Shown: positions 1 through 9,537 of the stretch, one piece after another
How the letters are laid out: each line of letters opens with the position of its first letter
Numbering within the stretch: the stretch's first letter is position 1
Virus record (IMG/VR): IMGVR_UViG_3300029235_000303
Direction: 5' to 3' (one strand)
DNA from: a virus
Length of the DNA stretch: 64,000 nucleotides
The notes under the pieces: generated by a model
What the model was told of the DNA's origin: nothing
The model's database searches: none
Seen by the model: only the letters and a program-made list of their open reading frames with translations
Translations under genes and position numbers: made by a program

Positions 1-242
1 CGAAGCTGAAGGCTATCCATCAAACGGAAGTAACTATGAACTCCGTTGTGAATCTGCAAGAGCTTATTATGATGAGCAAATTGCAGACATAGACGCAAAT
101 TATAATTTTGAAGACTAACTGCGTCAAATATAATAACCACCCAAACCAAAAGCACCCAAACGCAAAGGGTGCTATTTTTGACTTGACAAATACAACAAAT
201 TTGATGTATTATAGGTGTATAAACAAAGGAGGAAATAAAAAT

Positions 243-578
243 ATGACACGAACCTTTATTGAAACACCAATTTTTACCGCTAAATGGCAAGACTTAGGAT
301 TAACTGATAAAAATTTAAAAGACTTACAAGAAATTTTATTAGAAAATCCAAAATTAGGAGATACTATTTCTCATACAGGTGGATTAAGAAAAATCCGTAT
401 CCCAATGGAGAATAAAGGAAAAGGGAAACGAAGTGGTGCAAGAGTAATTTATGTAGATGTTGATATAAAAGAAACTATATATTTTGTCAATGTCTACTCA
501 AAAGATGAAAAGGCAGACTTAACGCCTGATGAAAAGAAAGCTCTAAAGGCAGTAGTAAAAATTTTAAAGGAGGAATAA
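243..578 (+). CDS. Type II toxin, RelE/ParE superfamily (HigB-like)
   Basis: ATG at 243 after AAAGGAGG. Protein carries the HigB-type motif GGLRKIRIP...GKRSGARVIYV. The TTG-extended ORF from 108 was rejected. Confidence 0.65.
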   Translation: MTRTFIETPIFTAKWQDLGLTDKNLKDLQEILLENPKLGDTISHTGGLRKIRIPMENKGKGKRSGARVIYVDVDIKETIYFVNVYSKDEKADLTPDEKKALKAVVKILKEE

Positions 579-580
579 TC

Positions 581-898
581 ATGAGCAAATTTTTTGATGA
601 TACAATGCAAGGGTTATTAGAAGCTGTTGCAATTGACCAAAAGCAAATTGCAGTTCGAGAAGTAAGTGGTTTACCAGCCACTACTTTTCGTGCAGAGGAT
701 ATAGAGAACAACTTAATTGATAATGTTGTTAAATTACGGAAAGAGTCTAATATTTCTCAAAAGGAATTAGCCGATTTAACGGAAAGCAAACAGCAAAGTA
801 TCTCACGGTTTGAAAAGAAAACACATAGTCCATCATTAGTTTTATTTGTGAAAATTATTGATGCGCTTGGTTATAAAATGGAACTTGTAAAAAAATAA
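581..898 (+). CDS. HTH (XRE-family) antitoxin, HigA-like
   Basis: Starts 3 nt after the toxin stop. Helix-turn-helix segment ...ISQKELADLTESKQQSISRFE...; toxin-then-antitoxin order as in higBA. Confidence 0.55.
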   Translation: MSKFFDDTMQGLLEAVAIDQKQIAVREVSGLPATTFRAEDIENNLIDNVVKLRKESNISQKELADLTESKQQSISRFEKKTHSPSLVLFVKIIDALGYKMELVKK

Positions 899-988
899 TC
901 TCATAAAGTGTCATATTTATATAGCATCTAATGGAAATAAAAATCTGTTAGGTGCTATTTTTATACCCAAAAAGGAGGAAAATGCAAA

Positions 989-1177
989 ATGAAACGTAAA
1001 ATAGCATATATAATCATCACATTAGCACTCATATTGAGTGCTTTTTTAATTGGCAGAAATATGCCTAGCAAATACGATTATCTGAATTTAAACCAGATAA
1101 CATCAGTAACACAAAACGGAAATAATATAACAATCTACACAGATTCAGATTGCTATGATTTCACAATATCAAAATAA
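989..1177 (+). CDS. small secreted/membrane protein
   Basis: RBS AAAGGAGG then ATG; N-terminal hydrophobic signal/TM segment. Confidence 0.4.
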   Translation: MKRKIAYIIITLALILSAFLIGRNMPSKYDYLNLNQITSVTQNGNNITIYTDSDCYDFTISK

Positions 1178-1196
1178 AGAAGGGAGAATATTAATA

Positions 1197-1370
1197 TGTC
1201 AGAAAAACACAAACAAGTTCATACTGCCTACTGCGACTATCAGATTGCAAAGGCAAATAAACCTTCACGGGTTTACTCTGTAAAGACAGAAACGAAAGGC
1301 AACAAAGGAGTTAAGACAACAGGTTTATCAAAAGCAATGTTAGCGAAACAGTTGTCAATGTTGATTTAGA
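1197..1370 (+). CDS. small hypothetical protein (57 aa)
   Basis: AGAAGGGAGAATA SD then ATG; below the 60-aa ORF-track cutoff. Confidence 0.3.
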
Positions 1371-1385
1371 AGGGAGAATACAACT

Positions 1386-1526
1386 ATGAGTAAAATAAAA
1401 TATGATGCAATCAGAATTGCAAAGCAATTACTGTATTCAGAAGACACATTGCAAGCAATAGCCAACGCAAAAACGGAGAGTGAAATTTCACGTATTATGC
1501 GTGATGCAAGATTAAAGGAGGTATAA
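1386..1526 (+). CDS. small hypothetical protein (46 aa)
   Basis: Same AGAAGGGAGAATA SD context as the preceding gene. Confidence 0.3.
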   Translation: MSKIKYDAIRIAKQLLYSEDTLQAIANAKTESEISRIMRDARLKEV

Positions 1527-1532
1527 GGCAGA

Positions 1533-1769
1533 ATGGAAGCATTTAATTTTAGAATTATCAAGACAGCAAACGGAGCTGAAATAATAGACAGTACTCTATC
1601 AACTCCATATAATTCATTAACTCCATTACAGATGATGGATTATATCAATGTGGAAAACAGTCTGTATTTTACAGAAAGAAAGAGAAGATTACAGAAGGCA
1701 ACCGAATCAACAGTCATTGATAAGGTAAAGAATTTTGCAAGGAGGATAATACATGAAGGGATATTATAA
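1533..1769 (+). CDS. hypothetical protein
   Basis: GGAGG SD then ATG; tandem + strand gene. Confidence 0.35.
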   Translation: MEAFNFRIIKTANGAEIIDSTLSTPYNSLTPLQMMDYINVENSLYFTERKRRLQKATESTVIDKVKNFARRIIHEGIL

Positions 1770-1871
1770 CGGATTTGCCTATATGGGATTTGTGCCAAGT
1801 ATAGGCAAATATCAGCAGTTTGAAAGCGAAAATGCTTACAGAAATTATTTAAAAGAAAGAGGTGAAATATA

Positions 1872-2036
1872 ATGAAGTACATAACCTATGAAGAACCGCT
1901 AAAAGGCAAAACATTCACAGAAAAGCAGACGCATGAAGTCTATAGAGACTTAGCAGATAAGACAGAATATCCAGACTTTGAGTGTTGGAAATCAGATATG
2001 CTCAAGTCAGGAGTATTTGAAAAGTTTAGCAACTAA
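1872..2036 (+). CDS. small hypothetical protein (54 aa)
   Basis: AGAGGTGAAATATAATG; below the track cutoff. Confidence 0.3.
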   Translation: MKYITYEEPLKGKTFTEKQTHEVYRDLADKTEYPDFECWKSDMLKSGVFEKFSN

Positions 2037-2115
2037 ACGGTTTGTCAAAAGGCAAGCCGTTATTTTTTACCCAAAATACATATCAAAAATATTAAAAGAA
2101 AAGAGGTAGTTAATT

Positions 2116-3207
2116 ATGTGCAAAATTAATGGAAAGAAGTTAAAGGAGATTAGAGAAAGAGAAGGTTTAACATTGCAGGATGTCGCTAAAGGTTGCGGAG
2201 TCTCTTACTCAACAATATCAAAGTATGAAAGCGAGATTAATAATCCATCTGATGCAACAGTAGATAAGATATGTCTGCTTTTAAAGATAAACAAAAATGA
2301 TATTGAAGTTGCTGATGTTGGATATAGTTTTACATCAGGCGAAGGTAAACTAACTGAAAAGATAAGAAAGAAGAAAGGCTTTATTCGTTATTCAACTCCA
2401 CGGAATACAGAAGAGTTTATACAGGCTCACTCAAATGCAGGAGAAAGTATGGAAATGAAAGAAGTTGATTGTGCATTAAAGAACTCTTTCAGTATTGCCT
2501 CAAAGCGATACATTCTTATCAATCCAACATTCATACATATACCAGATTGGCAGAGAGATACGGATATGGCAAAGGTGCAGGAAATAGCACAGTATTTTAA
2601 TGAAGATAAATTTGATCCAGTTAAAGTATATGTTAGGAATGGAAAATTATTTGTGGCAGATGGAGCACATAGAGTTGTTGCATTTGTAATCAATGGAGAA
2701 ATAAAAATGCTTGTTGAAGTGCTTAATTGTTCAGAATATGAGGCAATTCTTACATTTTTAGGACAGCAATCTGCTAGGAAGTCGATGAGTGTAGCTGATA
2801 CATATAGAGCAGGTGTAAAGGCAAATATAAGAGAATATATAGAGTTTAAAAATTTATTTGAATCATACAATATTCAAATTGTAACCGATGATAATAAACT
2901 TGAAAACCCAATAGGCAAAGTTGCACCATCAAGAGAATTATTAAGAATGGCTAAGAATAATACGGAATTATTAGAACTCATAATCAAGACAATTAAAGCA
3001 ATTGATTGGACAGGAAGTGAAAAGAGTGCATTTACACTTAGGCTGTTCCAGATATTCAAGAAACTGTTTGCAAATTATGAAAAGAATACAGTTATTGAAG
3101 GACTTCTTGAAAACTGCAAGGGAGCTTCATATTTTGAAAATAAGATTGCACCTGTTAAGAGTAATGCTGAAATGTATGATATTTTGGCAAAGGCAATTTG
3201 TGAATAA
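2116..3207 (+). CDS. HTH (XRE) domain fused to ParB-like nuclease domain protein
   Basis: N-terminal LTLQDVAKGCGVSYSTISKYE helix-turn-helix. Central ...DPVKVYVRNGKLFVADGAHRVVAF, the ParB/Srx DGxHR motif. Confidence 0.6.
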   Translation: MCKINGKKLKEIREREGLTLQDVAKGCGVSYSTISKYESEINNPSDATVDKICLLLKINKNDIEVADVGYSFTSGEGKLTEKIRKKKGFIRYSTPRNTEEFIQAHSNAGESMEMKEVDCALKNSFSIASKRYILINPTFIHIPDWQRDTDMAKVQEIAQYFNEDKFDPVKVYVRNGKLFVADGAHRVVAFVINGEIKMLVEVLNCSEYEAILTFLGQQSARKSMSVADTYRAGVKANIREYIEFKNLFESYNIQIVTDDNKLENPIGKVAPSRELLRMAKNNTELLELIIKTIKAIDWTGSEKSAFTLRLFQIFKKLFANYEKNTVIEGLLENCKGASYFENKIAPVKSNAEMYDILAKAICE

Positions 3208-3271
3208 GAGAACATATACATATAAAGCTGCACTATCAGGCTATACGGGTAACAGAAAGGAAGTGAGATTT

Positions 3272-3469
3272 ATGCATAATTTTAGAAAGTCAAAGCGAAT
3301 GCGTGACTTTGATATAGTTTTACGGAAGAATGGATATACACCGACAAGGTGCAAGGGAAGTCATTTCGTGTATATCAATCGTACAACGCATAGGATAATG
3401 CCTGTTAATAAGGATCTGAATGACATGGTAAGGCAGCGATTGATTAAAGAGTATAACTTGGAGGTGTAA
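3272..3469 (+). CDS. hicA: HicA-family toxin (mRNA interferase), orphan
   Basis: AAAGGAAGTGAG SD then ATG at 3272. 65 aa with ...KGSHFVYINRTTHRIMPVNKDLNDMVRQRLIKE... matching the HicA/YcfA signature. The long ORF 3002-3469 is an upstream extension. Confidence 0.65.
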   Translation: MHNFRKSKRMRDFDIVLRKNGYTPTRCKGSHFVYINRTTHRIMPVNKDLNDMVRQRLIKEYNLEV

Positions 3470-3473
3470 AGAA

Positions 3474-3947
3474 ATGAAATGGATTGAGATTTTACGGAAA
3501 AATGATTGTGCATTATTACAAAGCGAAAGTGATACACAGTATGCAGTTGTTAGTGGTTATAATCCAACGCAGCCAGAAAATAAACAGTGGGCATATGGAA
3601 CTTATTTCACTTATTTCCATAATAACTTTAAGAAGATGTTATATCTTCAATCAGCTTATGATTGTTTCATGGAAAAGGTAAATGTGGATTATATTCCACG
3701 TTGCAGGTTATCAGAACTTGCAACACTTTTCAAGGACGGTTTAATCTCTGATGATAGAGAAAGTGCAATGGAATACTTTAATGAAGTTTGTGAAATGACA
3801 GATAAAGAGAAAGGGTGGTTCGGCATTGAAGAGAATAGTCCATTAGCAAACAGTAAGTTTGAGAATCCTATGTATAACAAGGGATATGACGATGGGTTTT
3901 CGGATGCAATGAATGAGAATGAAAGCGAGGACAAAAATTATGGTTAA
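3474..3947 (+). CDS. hypothetical protein (acidic C-terminus)
   Basis: Starts 5 nt after hicA. Not HicB-like (no RNase H fold or HTH motif seen). Confidence 0.4.
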   Translation: MKWIEILRKNDCALLQSESDTQYAVVSGYNPTQPENKQWAYGTYFTYFHNNFKKMLYLQSAYDCFMEKVNVDYIPRCRLSELATLFKDGLISDDRESAMEYFNEVCEMTDKEKGWFGIEENSPLANSKFENPMYNKGYDDGFSDAMNENESEDKNYG

Positions 3948-4218
3948 ATTTTGTGACGAATGTATAGATAGTTCGGATTGGATAGAAGAAATAACAGGAT
4001 ATAGACCTGTTGATGATTTAATTACTATTAATGAACTAAATGAGATTGCACAAGACCCAAATAAAAATGGAGGCGATGATGGTCTTGCTAATCATTGGGA
4101 TTATCCTTTGAGTGAAATCCCAAACCTTGTATGTGACGGCGAAGATGGTACAGAATATGTAATTGTCAGATTTGATGACGGGTGCAATGGATACGAATAT
4201 AGGGTATGTGAAATATGA
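3940..4218 (+). CDS. hypothetical acidic protein
   Basis: In-frame ATG (MVKFCDE...); start ambiguous (3913 or 3940). Confidence 0.35.
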   Translation: MVKFCDECIDSSDWIEEITGYRPVDDLITINELNEIAQDPNKNGGDDGLANHWDYPLSEIPNLVCDGEDGTEYVIVRFDDGCNGYEYRVCEI

Positions 4219-4273
4219 GATTCGTTGAAATAAAGTAAATGGATATTTCATAAGGAAGGGAAAGGTGATTGAT

Positions 4274-4546
4274 ATGTTCTTGGTATACGAAAAAAATTAT
4301 TTAAGTTACGGAGATGTAGATTGTGTTGAAGAAACTGATATGAAATTATATGACACAAAAGAAAAAGCAATAACAGAAATGGAACGGAGAAAGACAATGT
4401 ATATTGAAGATACAGAAAATGACTTCACATATATGGAAAATGAAAGTTCTGAAAATTGTATTGTTTTTGCAGATGAATTGTCAGAAACAGGCGATGATAG
4501 AGAAGGTGAATTTCATATTTGTGTAGTAGAATTAGAAGTAGAGTAA
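4274..4546 (+). CDS. hypothetical acidic protein
   Basis: GGAAGGGAAAGGTGATTGAT then ATG. Confidence 0.4.
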   Translation: MFLVYEKNYLSYGDVDCVEETDMKLYDTKEKAITEMERRKTMYIEDTENDFTYMENESSENCIVFADELSETGDDREGEFHICVVELEVE

Positions 4547-4585
4547 ATGCGTGTTTCCTTGGATTAGAAAGGTGGGTAAATATAT

Positions 4586-4786
4586 ATGAACGGAATGCAA
4601 ATTTGGGAAGTAAATGGAATTGATGACTTAGAAGGCACTTGTTTTGCACAGTGTTCTACTAAAGAAAAGGCAGAAAAGGCAATCCAAATTCTTGAAGAAA
4701 ACGGTTTTGAAGATATGCTTGAGGTTGAACAAAGTAGCTTACGATTAGACCAGTTATTGATTGAAGATAAATTAATTCAACTGTAA
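4586..4786 (+). CDS. hypothetical protein
   Basis: GTTTCCTTGG motif, then AAAGGTGGG SD, then ATG. Confidence 0.4.
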   Translation: MNGMQIWEVNGIDDLEGTCFAQCSTKEKAEKAIQILEENGFEDMLEVEQSSLRLDQLLIEDKLIQL

Positions 4787-4821
4787 AAATTCGTGTTCTC
4801 TTGGAATGGAGGTAAGAGAAG

Positions 4822-5043
4822 ATGATTGTAAATGCTTATTTAAAAGTAACTCAAAAACAATGGGAAGACATTAAAGAGAAATATGTAGAACCGAATATGT
4901 ATCATATTGTAAGCAGTTCAAAGCGAAAGTGCAAGCGTTGTGACGGATGCAGTGCGTATAATCCTTGTACAACTTATGAAGGATATTGTACAGAAGTAGA
5001 AGGATTAGTTGACAGAAATTCTACTTGCGAAAGTTGGCACTAA
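4822..5043 (+). CDS. hypothetical Cys-rich protein
   Basis: GGAGGTAAGAGAAG then ATG; CxxCxxC cluster. Confidence 0.4.
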   Translation: MIVNAYLKVTQKQWEDIKEKYVEPNMYHIVSSSKRKCKRCDGCSAYNPCTTYEGYCTEVEGLVDRNSTCESWH

Positions 5044-5073
5044 ATATGTGTTTTATATGGAGGAGAAATTAAA

Positions 5074-5289
5074 ATGAATGAATCATTATTAGCATTATTG
5101 AAAAAAGAGGATGGTCTTGTAAGAGATGTACGGTTAAATAAGGAAACTTATGAGATGTTGAGAGATAAAAATAAGCATCTTGCATCTGAATACATGGAAA
5201 AACTAGAAGAGTCTAAAGAGGTTCTTTTAGAGTGTCGAAAAGAAATCTCGCAGTATTTGGATTTTTTGGAGGTTTTAAAAGAGAGCTAA
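5074..5289 (+). CDS. hypothetical protein
   Basis: GGAGGAGAAATTAAA then ATG. Confidence 0.4.
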   Translation: MNESLLALLKKEDGLVRDVRLNKETYEMLRDKNKHLASEYMEKLEESKEVLLECRKEISQYLDFLEVLKES

Positions 5290-5324
5290 ATTCGCATTTC
5301 TTTAGAAGATTGGAGGAATCAAAA

Positions 5325-5570
5325 ATGAAAAAATCAAACATTAGAGTATTCGGAGAAATAAGTATTGCACATGTGGAAAAGAGAGGTTTATTTTCATATG
5401 CGGTTGTAAGGGACTTTGATAAAAAGGTACTTGCCAAATCTTTTTCATTTAGAAAATACATAAACGATACTATTCGTACAATGTATACAGGAGAATATTA
5501 CGCAACAGGTGATTACATATTGGTTGCTGACACTGTAAATGGAAATAAAGAAATTTATAGATGGCATTGA
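5325..5570 (+). CDS. hypothetical protein
   Basis: TTGGAGGAATCAAAA then ATG at 5325; the track ORF from 5232 is an extension. Confidence 0.4.
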   Translation: MKKSNIRVFGEISIAHVEKRGLFSYAVVRDFDKKVLAKSFSFRKYINDTIRTMYTGEYYATGDYILVADTVNGNKEIYRWH

Positions 5571-5603
5571 AACTAAGATTTCTTGGGAAAGGAGTGAAGA
5601 GAA

Positions 5604-5795
5604 ATGATGAATGGTGTTGATTTGATAAACAATCTAATTAATGAGCTTGAAAGAGCAAGGGATTTGTTGTATTCGCAGAATCCCGAAGAATCATCAGAAG
5701 AAGCTGTTTTGGTTAATGATATTAGAACAGATCTTGATAGATATTATGATATGGCAGATGAGATTGATGATGCAGTGAGATATATTGATGTTTAG
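5604..5795 (+). CDS. hypothetical acidic protein
   Basis: GATTTCTTGG motif, then AAAGGAGTG SD, then ATG. Confidence 0.4.
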   Translation: MMNGVDLINNLINELERARDLLYSQNPEESSEEAVLVNDIRTDLDRYYDMADEIDDAVRYIDV

Positions 5796-5825
5796 CAACT
5801 AAACAAAATAACGAGTAGACACAAA

Positions 5826-5865
5826 GGCAGTTAGGAGAATAAATACCTAGCTGCCTATTTTATTA
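5826..5865 (+). terminator. rho-independent terminator
   Basis: GGCAGTTAGG / CCTAGCTGCC stem followed by TATTTTATT. Confidence 0.5.
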
Positions 5866-5887
5866 CAAGAAAGAGAGGAAATGAATT

Positions 5888-6577
5888 ATGGAATTACGGA
5901 ATAATTGGTACAAAGCAGACAAGGGAAAACATTTTGTACTTACAGAAAAAGGCAAAGAAGAGTGTGCAAGTTACAAGCATAAAACAGTTGGTGAGCCTGT
6001 AGATGAATATGATTATGAAGCAACCGAATGGTCAGTTGATAAAGGTTATGTAATCGAAACTGATATTCCAGGATGGATAAAAGGACTCAAAGGATATAAA
6101 GTTGTGTATTATCACAAAGGAAAATATAGATTATCAGCAGGTAATCCGCAAATCTTCCCAACACGCAAAGCAGCAGAAGTTTATAAAAAGCATTATGAAT
6201 CATATACATGGTTCAATGATACCTTGGTAATTGAAGAAGTCGAATATGATGGTGTTCCATTAAGTGAATCTAAAATGTACAACGGAAAGGAAATTGTAGA
6301 TAAAGAACATTACTTTGGACTTGATGCACATGAAGTTGGTGAGTATTTCACAGAGGATATGATTGATTCCTTTATGGATTTATTACCACCAACTTGTATG
6401 AGAAGTGATTGTTTACAGATTGGCGAGCCATGTTCAAGCAGAATTGATGAAAACGGAGAGAGCAGAACAACATATTCCACATTTAAAAAGGTAGATGAAG
6501 GAATTTGGGAATACTGTGGTGATTGTTTTAGAGGTGAAAATTATATGCATGGAAAAGATATTCCATATGTGAGATAA
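5888..6577 (+). CDS. hypothetical protein with C-terminal Cys cluster
   Basis: GAGAGGAAATGAATT then ATG; 229 aa. Confidence 0.45.
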   Translation: MELRNNWYKADKGKHFVLTEKGKEECASYKHKTVGEPVDEYDYEATEWSVDKGYVIETDIPGWIKGLKGYKVVYYHKGKYRLSAGNPQIFPTRKAAEVYKKHYESYTWFNDTLVIEEVEYDGVPLSESKMYNGKEIVDKEHYFGLDAHEVGEYFTEDMIDSFMDLLPPTCMRSDCLQIGEPCSSRIDENGESRTTYSTFKKVDEGIWEYCGDCFRGENYMHGKDIPYVR

Positions 6578-6590
6578 GGAGATGGTATAG

Positions 6591-6860
6591 ATGTTAAATA
6601 TCAAATGGGATAACGGAGTTACAGGATATTTAAGCAAAAGCGAAAAAGAACTGTGTGAAAAGATTGATAGAGAAATCAGTGCTATCAATGCAGTAAGCAA
6701 AGCGGAAATATCTGTAGTAATCAGTATTGAAGGTGGCAATCAATTCCACATAAAGAAAGATACTGGTTCATTGATTGGATATATGAACGCAGAACAATGT
6801 TGGTATGCATTGAAGGGAATTATGACAAGTTTGTTATACATGGAAAGGCAGGTTGATTAG
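6591..6860 (+). CDS. hypothetical protein
   Basis: GGAGATGGTATAG then ATG. Confidence 0.4.
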   Translation: MLNIKWDNGVTGYLSKSEKELCEKIDREISAINAVSKAEISVVISIEGGNQFHIKKDTGSLIGYMNAEQCWYALKGIMTSLLYMERQVD

Positions 6861-6861
6861 T

Positions 6862-7821
6862 ATGAAATATACAATAGATACATTAAGAGAGATTAACGCA
6901 AGATTTTGTGGTTCGCATATACTTATGAATTACGATGTAGATAAGGCAAATATGTATGTTGAACTTATAGAAAATACAAGGTCTGAAAAGAGTCCAAGTG
7001 TAGGTGATTGCGTTAGATATACAAATGAATATGGAGATTACTATGGAGCAGCTCATATTGAAAAAGCAGATGCGAATGAAATTTATATCTGTGAACGACC
7101 ATATACACCTTTTATCCATGAATACGAAGGCAGAATTAATTGTAATACAAGTGGTGGAGCATGGACACATTTACCAACAAGAGAACTGAAATATATAGGT
7201 AAAATTGAAAAGAGATTTTGTGATTGGGGTAATTGTGGAGGCTGTGCAGATGGTGCTATTGATTTTATAGCAGAAGTAAGTTTATGGGAATATGTAGATA
7301 GTAAAAATCCTTTTGTAAGTGAAAATGGATATAAGTTCACAACAAAGGATTTTGATAAACAGTATATATCATTCAATCCTGAAGATAATTCACCTTATGT
7401 ATATTTGGGAGATAGTAATGCATGGAAAAGCAAAACAGATTTATATGCTTATCTAAGAACATACAGAGCAGAGATTTTCGAAGGACATTGGCAGAATCAG
7501 TTTATTGTATGGACTTGGAAAGAGAAACAGCATCATGTATCACCAACAGAATTTGATAGTCTTAAATTAGTAGAAGATACATTCCTGATGAATGGTGACA
7601 TCATGAGATGTAAAAGAAAATATGATGAAATTACTCATACTGTACACACATATTATGTTTGGTATTGGGATGATCCAACTAAAGACTTCTTTGAGGCAAG
7701 TGCGGAACAGAATAAAATAAGAGAAAAATATTATACACTTGATAGAAAAACTCCAACATATATTGTTGCAAGAGAAGAAATAAAGTCTGGAATTGAAATT
7801 TCAAAACATAAGGAGGTGTAA
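6862..7821 (+). CDS. hypothetical protein (Cys-rich)
   Basis: ATG at 6862; 320 aa. Confidence 0.45.
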   Translation: MKYTIDTLREINARFCGSHILMNYDVDKANMYVELIENTRSEKSPSVGDCVRYTNEYGDYYGAAHIEKADANEIYICERPYTPFIHEYEGRINCNTSGGAWTHLPTRELKYIGKIEKRFCDWGNCGGCADGAIDFIAEVSLWEYVDSKNPFVSENGYKFTTKDFDKQYISFNPEDNSPYVYLGDSNAWKSKTDLYAYLRTYRAEIFEGHWQNQFIVWTWKEKQHHVSPTEFDSLKLVEDTFLMNGDIMRCKRKYDEITHTVHTYYVWYWDDPTKDFFEASAEQNKIREKYYTLDRKTPTYIVAREEIKSGIEISKHKEV

Positions 7822-7825
7822 TAGT

Positions 7826-8167
7826 ATGCAAGTTATAGATAAAGCCATTACACCAGACGGAATAGAAATTGAACTTAGAGATTTAAGTGGAGAACATAAA
7901 CTGCCAGATTATGATGGAATGGAAATTGTTTTTCATACAATTGCAAAGAAAACATTCCCACCCAATAAAGGATGGTATGCACAGAAAGGAAAAGAATTTC
8001 ATTTATGTATTTGTTGCTATAAAAATTATACATCAGATATGTTAAAGGCAGATTACGAAGAATTGAAAAATGGTACAAAAACTCTTGCAGATTTGAAATC
8101 ATATTTTTGGAATGGGTACAGGGATCGTTATGTACTCGGATTGGAAGGAAGTGAAAAATTATGCTGA
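7826..8167 (+). CDS. hypothetical protein
   Basis: AAGGAGGTGTAATAGT then ATG at 7826. Confidence 0.45.
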   Translation: MQVIDKAITPDGIEIELRDLSGEHKLPDYDGMEIVFHTIAKKTFPPNKGWYAQKGKEFHLCICCYKNYTSDMLKADYEELKNGTKTLADLKSYFWNGYRDRYVLGLEGSEKLC

Positions 8168-8352
8168 AAATTGAAATTAAAACAGGCAATGCAGCATTTT
8201 GTGATCCATTTACAGGTGAACCAAGTGAATTTGATGAAGCTATAGAATGCAAAAGATTACTTGAAGGTATTTGTAGAGAACTTGAAGATGGTGTAACAAG
8301 CGGAAGCATCATTGACATAAACGGAAATAAAGTTGGTCAATGGAGCAGATAG
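8161..8352 (+). CDS. hypothetical protein
   Basis: Overlapping start; compact gene array. Confidence 0.35.
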   Translation: MLKIEIKTGNAAFCDPFTGEPSEFDEAIECKRLLEGICRELEDGVTSGSIIDINGNKVGQWSR

Positions 8353-8364
8353 GAGCGTGATTAT

Positions 8365-8595
8365 ATGAAGAGACAAGAAATATTTAATGAAAAAATAGAG
8401 CATTTTAAAAATCATCCTAAATATAAATGGTTAAGAAAATATGCAGATGATGCATTAACATGGGATACTATGTGTGGATTTTATCAAATTAAGGCAGAAG
8501 ATTTTATTGATAGAATTATATCTGCATCATTAAATTATATAGAAGATTGGCTGAATGGTAAGAATCAATTGGAATGGAGTGGCATTGAAAATTAG
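8365..8595 (+). CDS. hypothetical protein
   Basis: GGAGCGTGATTAT then ATG. Confidence 0.4.
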   Translation: MKRQEIFNEKIEHFKNHPKYKWLRKYADDALTWDTMCGFYQIKAEDFIDRIISASLNYIEDWLNGKNQLEWSGIEN

Positions 8596-8646
8596 CATGA
8601 AATTGGAATTTACAGTGAAATTTTAGAAAGGTAAAAGGTGATTTAT

Positions 8647-8898
8647 ATGAAAAAATATGTAGTAATTTGTTATGCAGTACACGAAAAAGAAATCGCAAGT
8701 CATGATGCATTCGATAATGAGGATGATGCTTATGCATTTCTCGAAAAGGATGCACAGAATACTTATGAAGAAGAAATGAATAACGCAAGCGAAGAAGATA
8801 AGAATTCGATTGATTTTACAATAAGTGATGATGGTTCAGCATATCTTTCATCTTATGATGGAGAATATGAATGGACTTGGGAAGTAATTGAGGTTTAA
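8647..8898 (+). CDS. hypothetical acidic protein
   Basis: AAAGGTGATTTAT then ATG. Confidence 0.45.
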   Translation: MKKYVVICYAVHEKEIASHDAFDNEDDAYAFLEKDAQNTYEEEMNNASEEDKNSIDFTISDDGSAYLSSYDGEYEWTWEVIEV

Positions 8899-8911
8899 TA
8901 CAGAGAATAAT

Positions 8912-8949
8912 AAGACAGACGCAAACAAATGTGTCTGTCTTATTTATTT
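8912..8949 (+). terminator. rho-independent terminator
   Basis: AAGACAGAC / GTCTGTCTT 9-bp stem followed by ATTTATTT. Confidence 0.55.
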
Positions 8950-8965
8950 GGAAGGAGTAAATGAA

Positions 8966-9301
8966 ATGATTATATTGCAAAGAGATTCACGGTATGAGGT
9001 GGGTGATCCTGATTGTGTGTTTAAAGTAAAATCAGGTGACTTAATTACGCCTATAAAGCGAATTGGATATAAAACTACATTTGATGATTGGGAAGATTAC
9101 GGAGAAATCACGGATGAAGATATAAAAGATTTATATATTTTCTGTTGTCCTAACGATGAAATTCAAACAGAAGTTTATATTTCAATTTGTTCAAATTGGG
9201 ATTTAATTTTTGTTGGCAGATATAAAGGTATTTTCTTTGATAATACAGAGGCTATTACAGCAAAAATTAATGCATGGATTAACAACAATATGGAGGTGTG
9301 A
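8966..9301 (+). CDS. hypothetical protein
   Basis: GGAAGGAGTAAATGAA then ATG; the track ORF from 8888 spans the terminator. Confidence 0.45.
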   Translation: MIILQRDSRYEVGDPDCVFKVKSGDLITPIKRIGYKTTFDDWEDYGEITDEDIKDLYIFCCPNDEIQTEVYISICSNWDLIFVGRYKGIFFDNTEAITAKINAWINNNMEV

Positions 9302-9303
9302 CT

Positions 9304-9525
9304 ATGAATACATTAGAAGATATTTTAGTAGCATTAGGAAGTAAAAAACCATTCTTAGACAAGATAATAATTGATGAAGATGGTGGAAGGCAGCCATTCA
9401 CCAAAGGCGGTGCTAAAGCATATGAAAAATTGACAGAAATCTTATATGCGGTTGGAGAACTTACTAATACAGATATGAATAGTATTGTTGAAGAATTAGA
9501 TAGTATAGCGAATCAGGATATGTAG
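9304..9525 (+). CDS. hypothetical protein
   Basis: GGAGGTGTGACT then ATG. Confidence 0.4.
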   Translation: MNTLEDILVALGSKKPFLDKIIIDEDGGRQPFTKGGAKAYEKLTEILYAVGELTNTDMNSIVEELDSIANQDM

Positions 9526-9537
9526 GAGGTAAGCGAA

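Noticed and set aside
108-578. TTG-initiated 156-aa version of the HigB-like toxin
   Set aside because: The toxin domain begins at the ATG at 243, which has a strong AAAGGAGG SD. The N-terminal extension is unconserved, basic and low-complexity.
3002-3469. 155-aa ORF overlapping the end of the HTH-ParB gene
   Set aside because: Only the last 65 aa match HicA. An SD-ATG occurs at 3272. The upstream portion overlaps the preceding gene in another frame.
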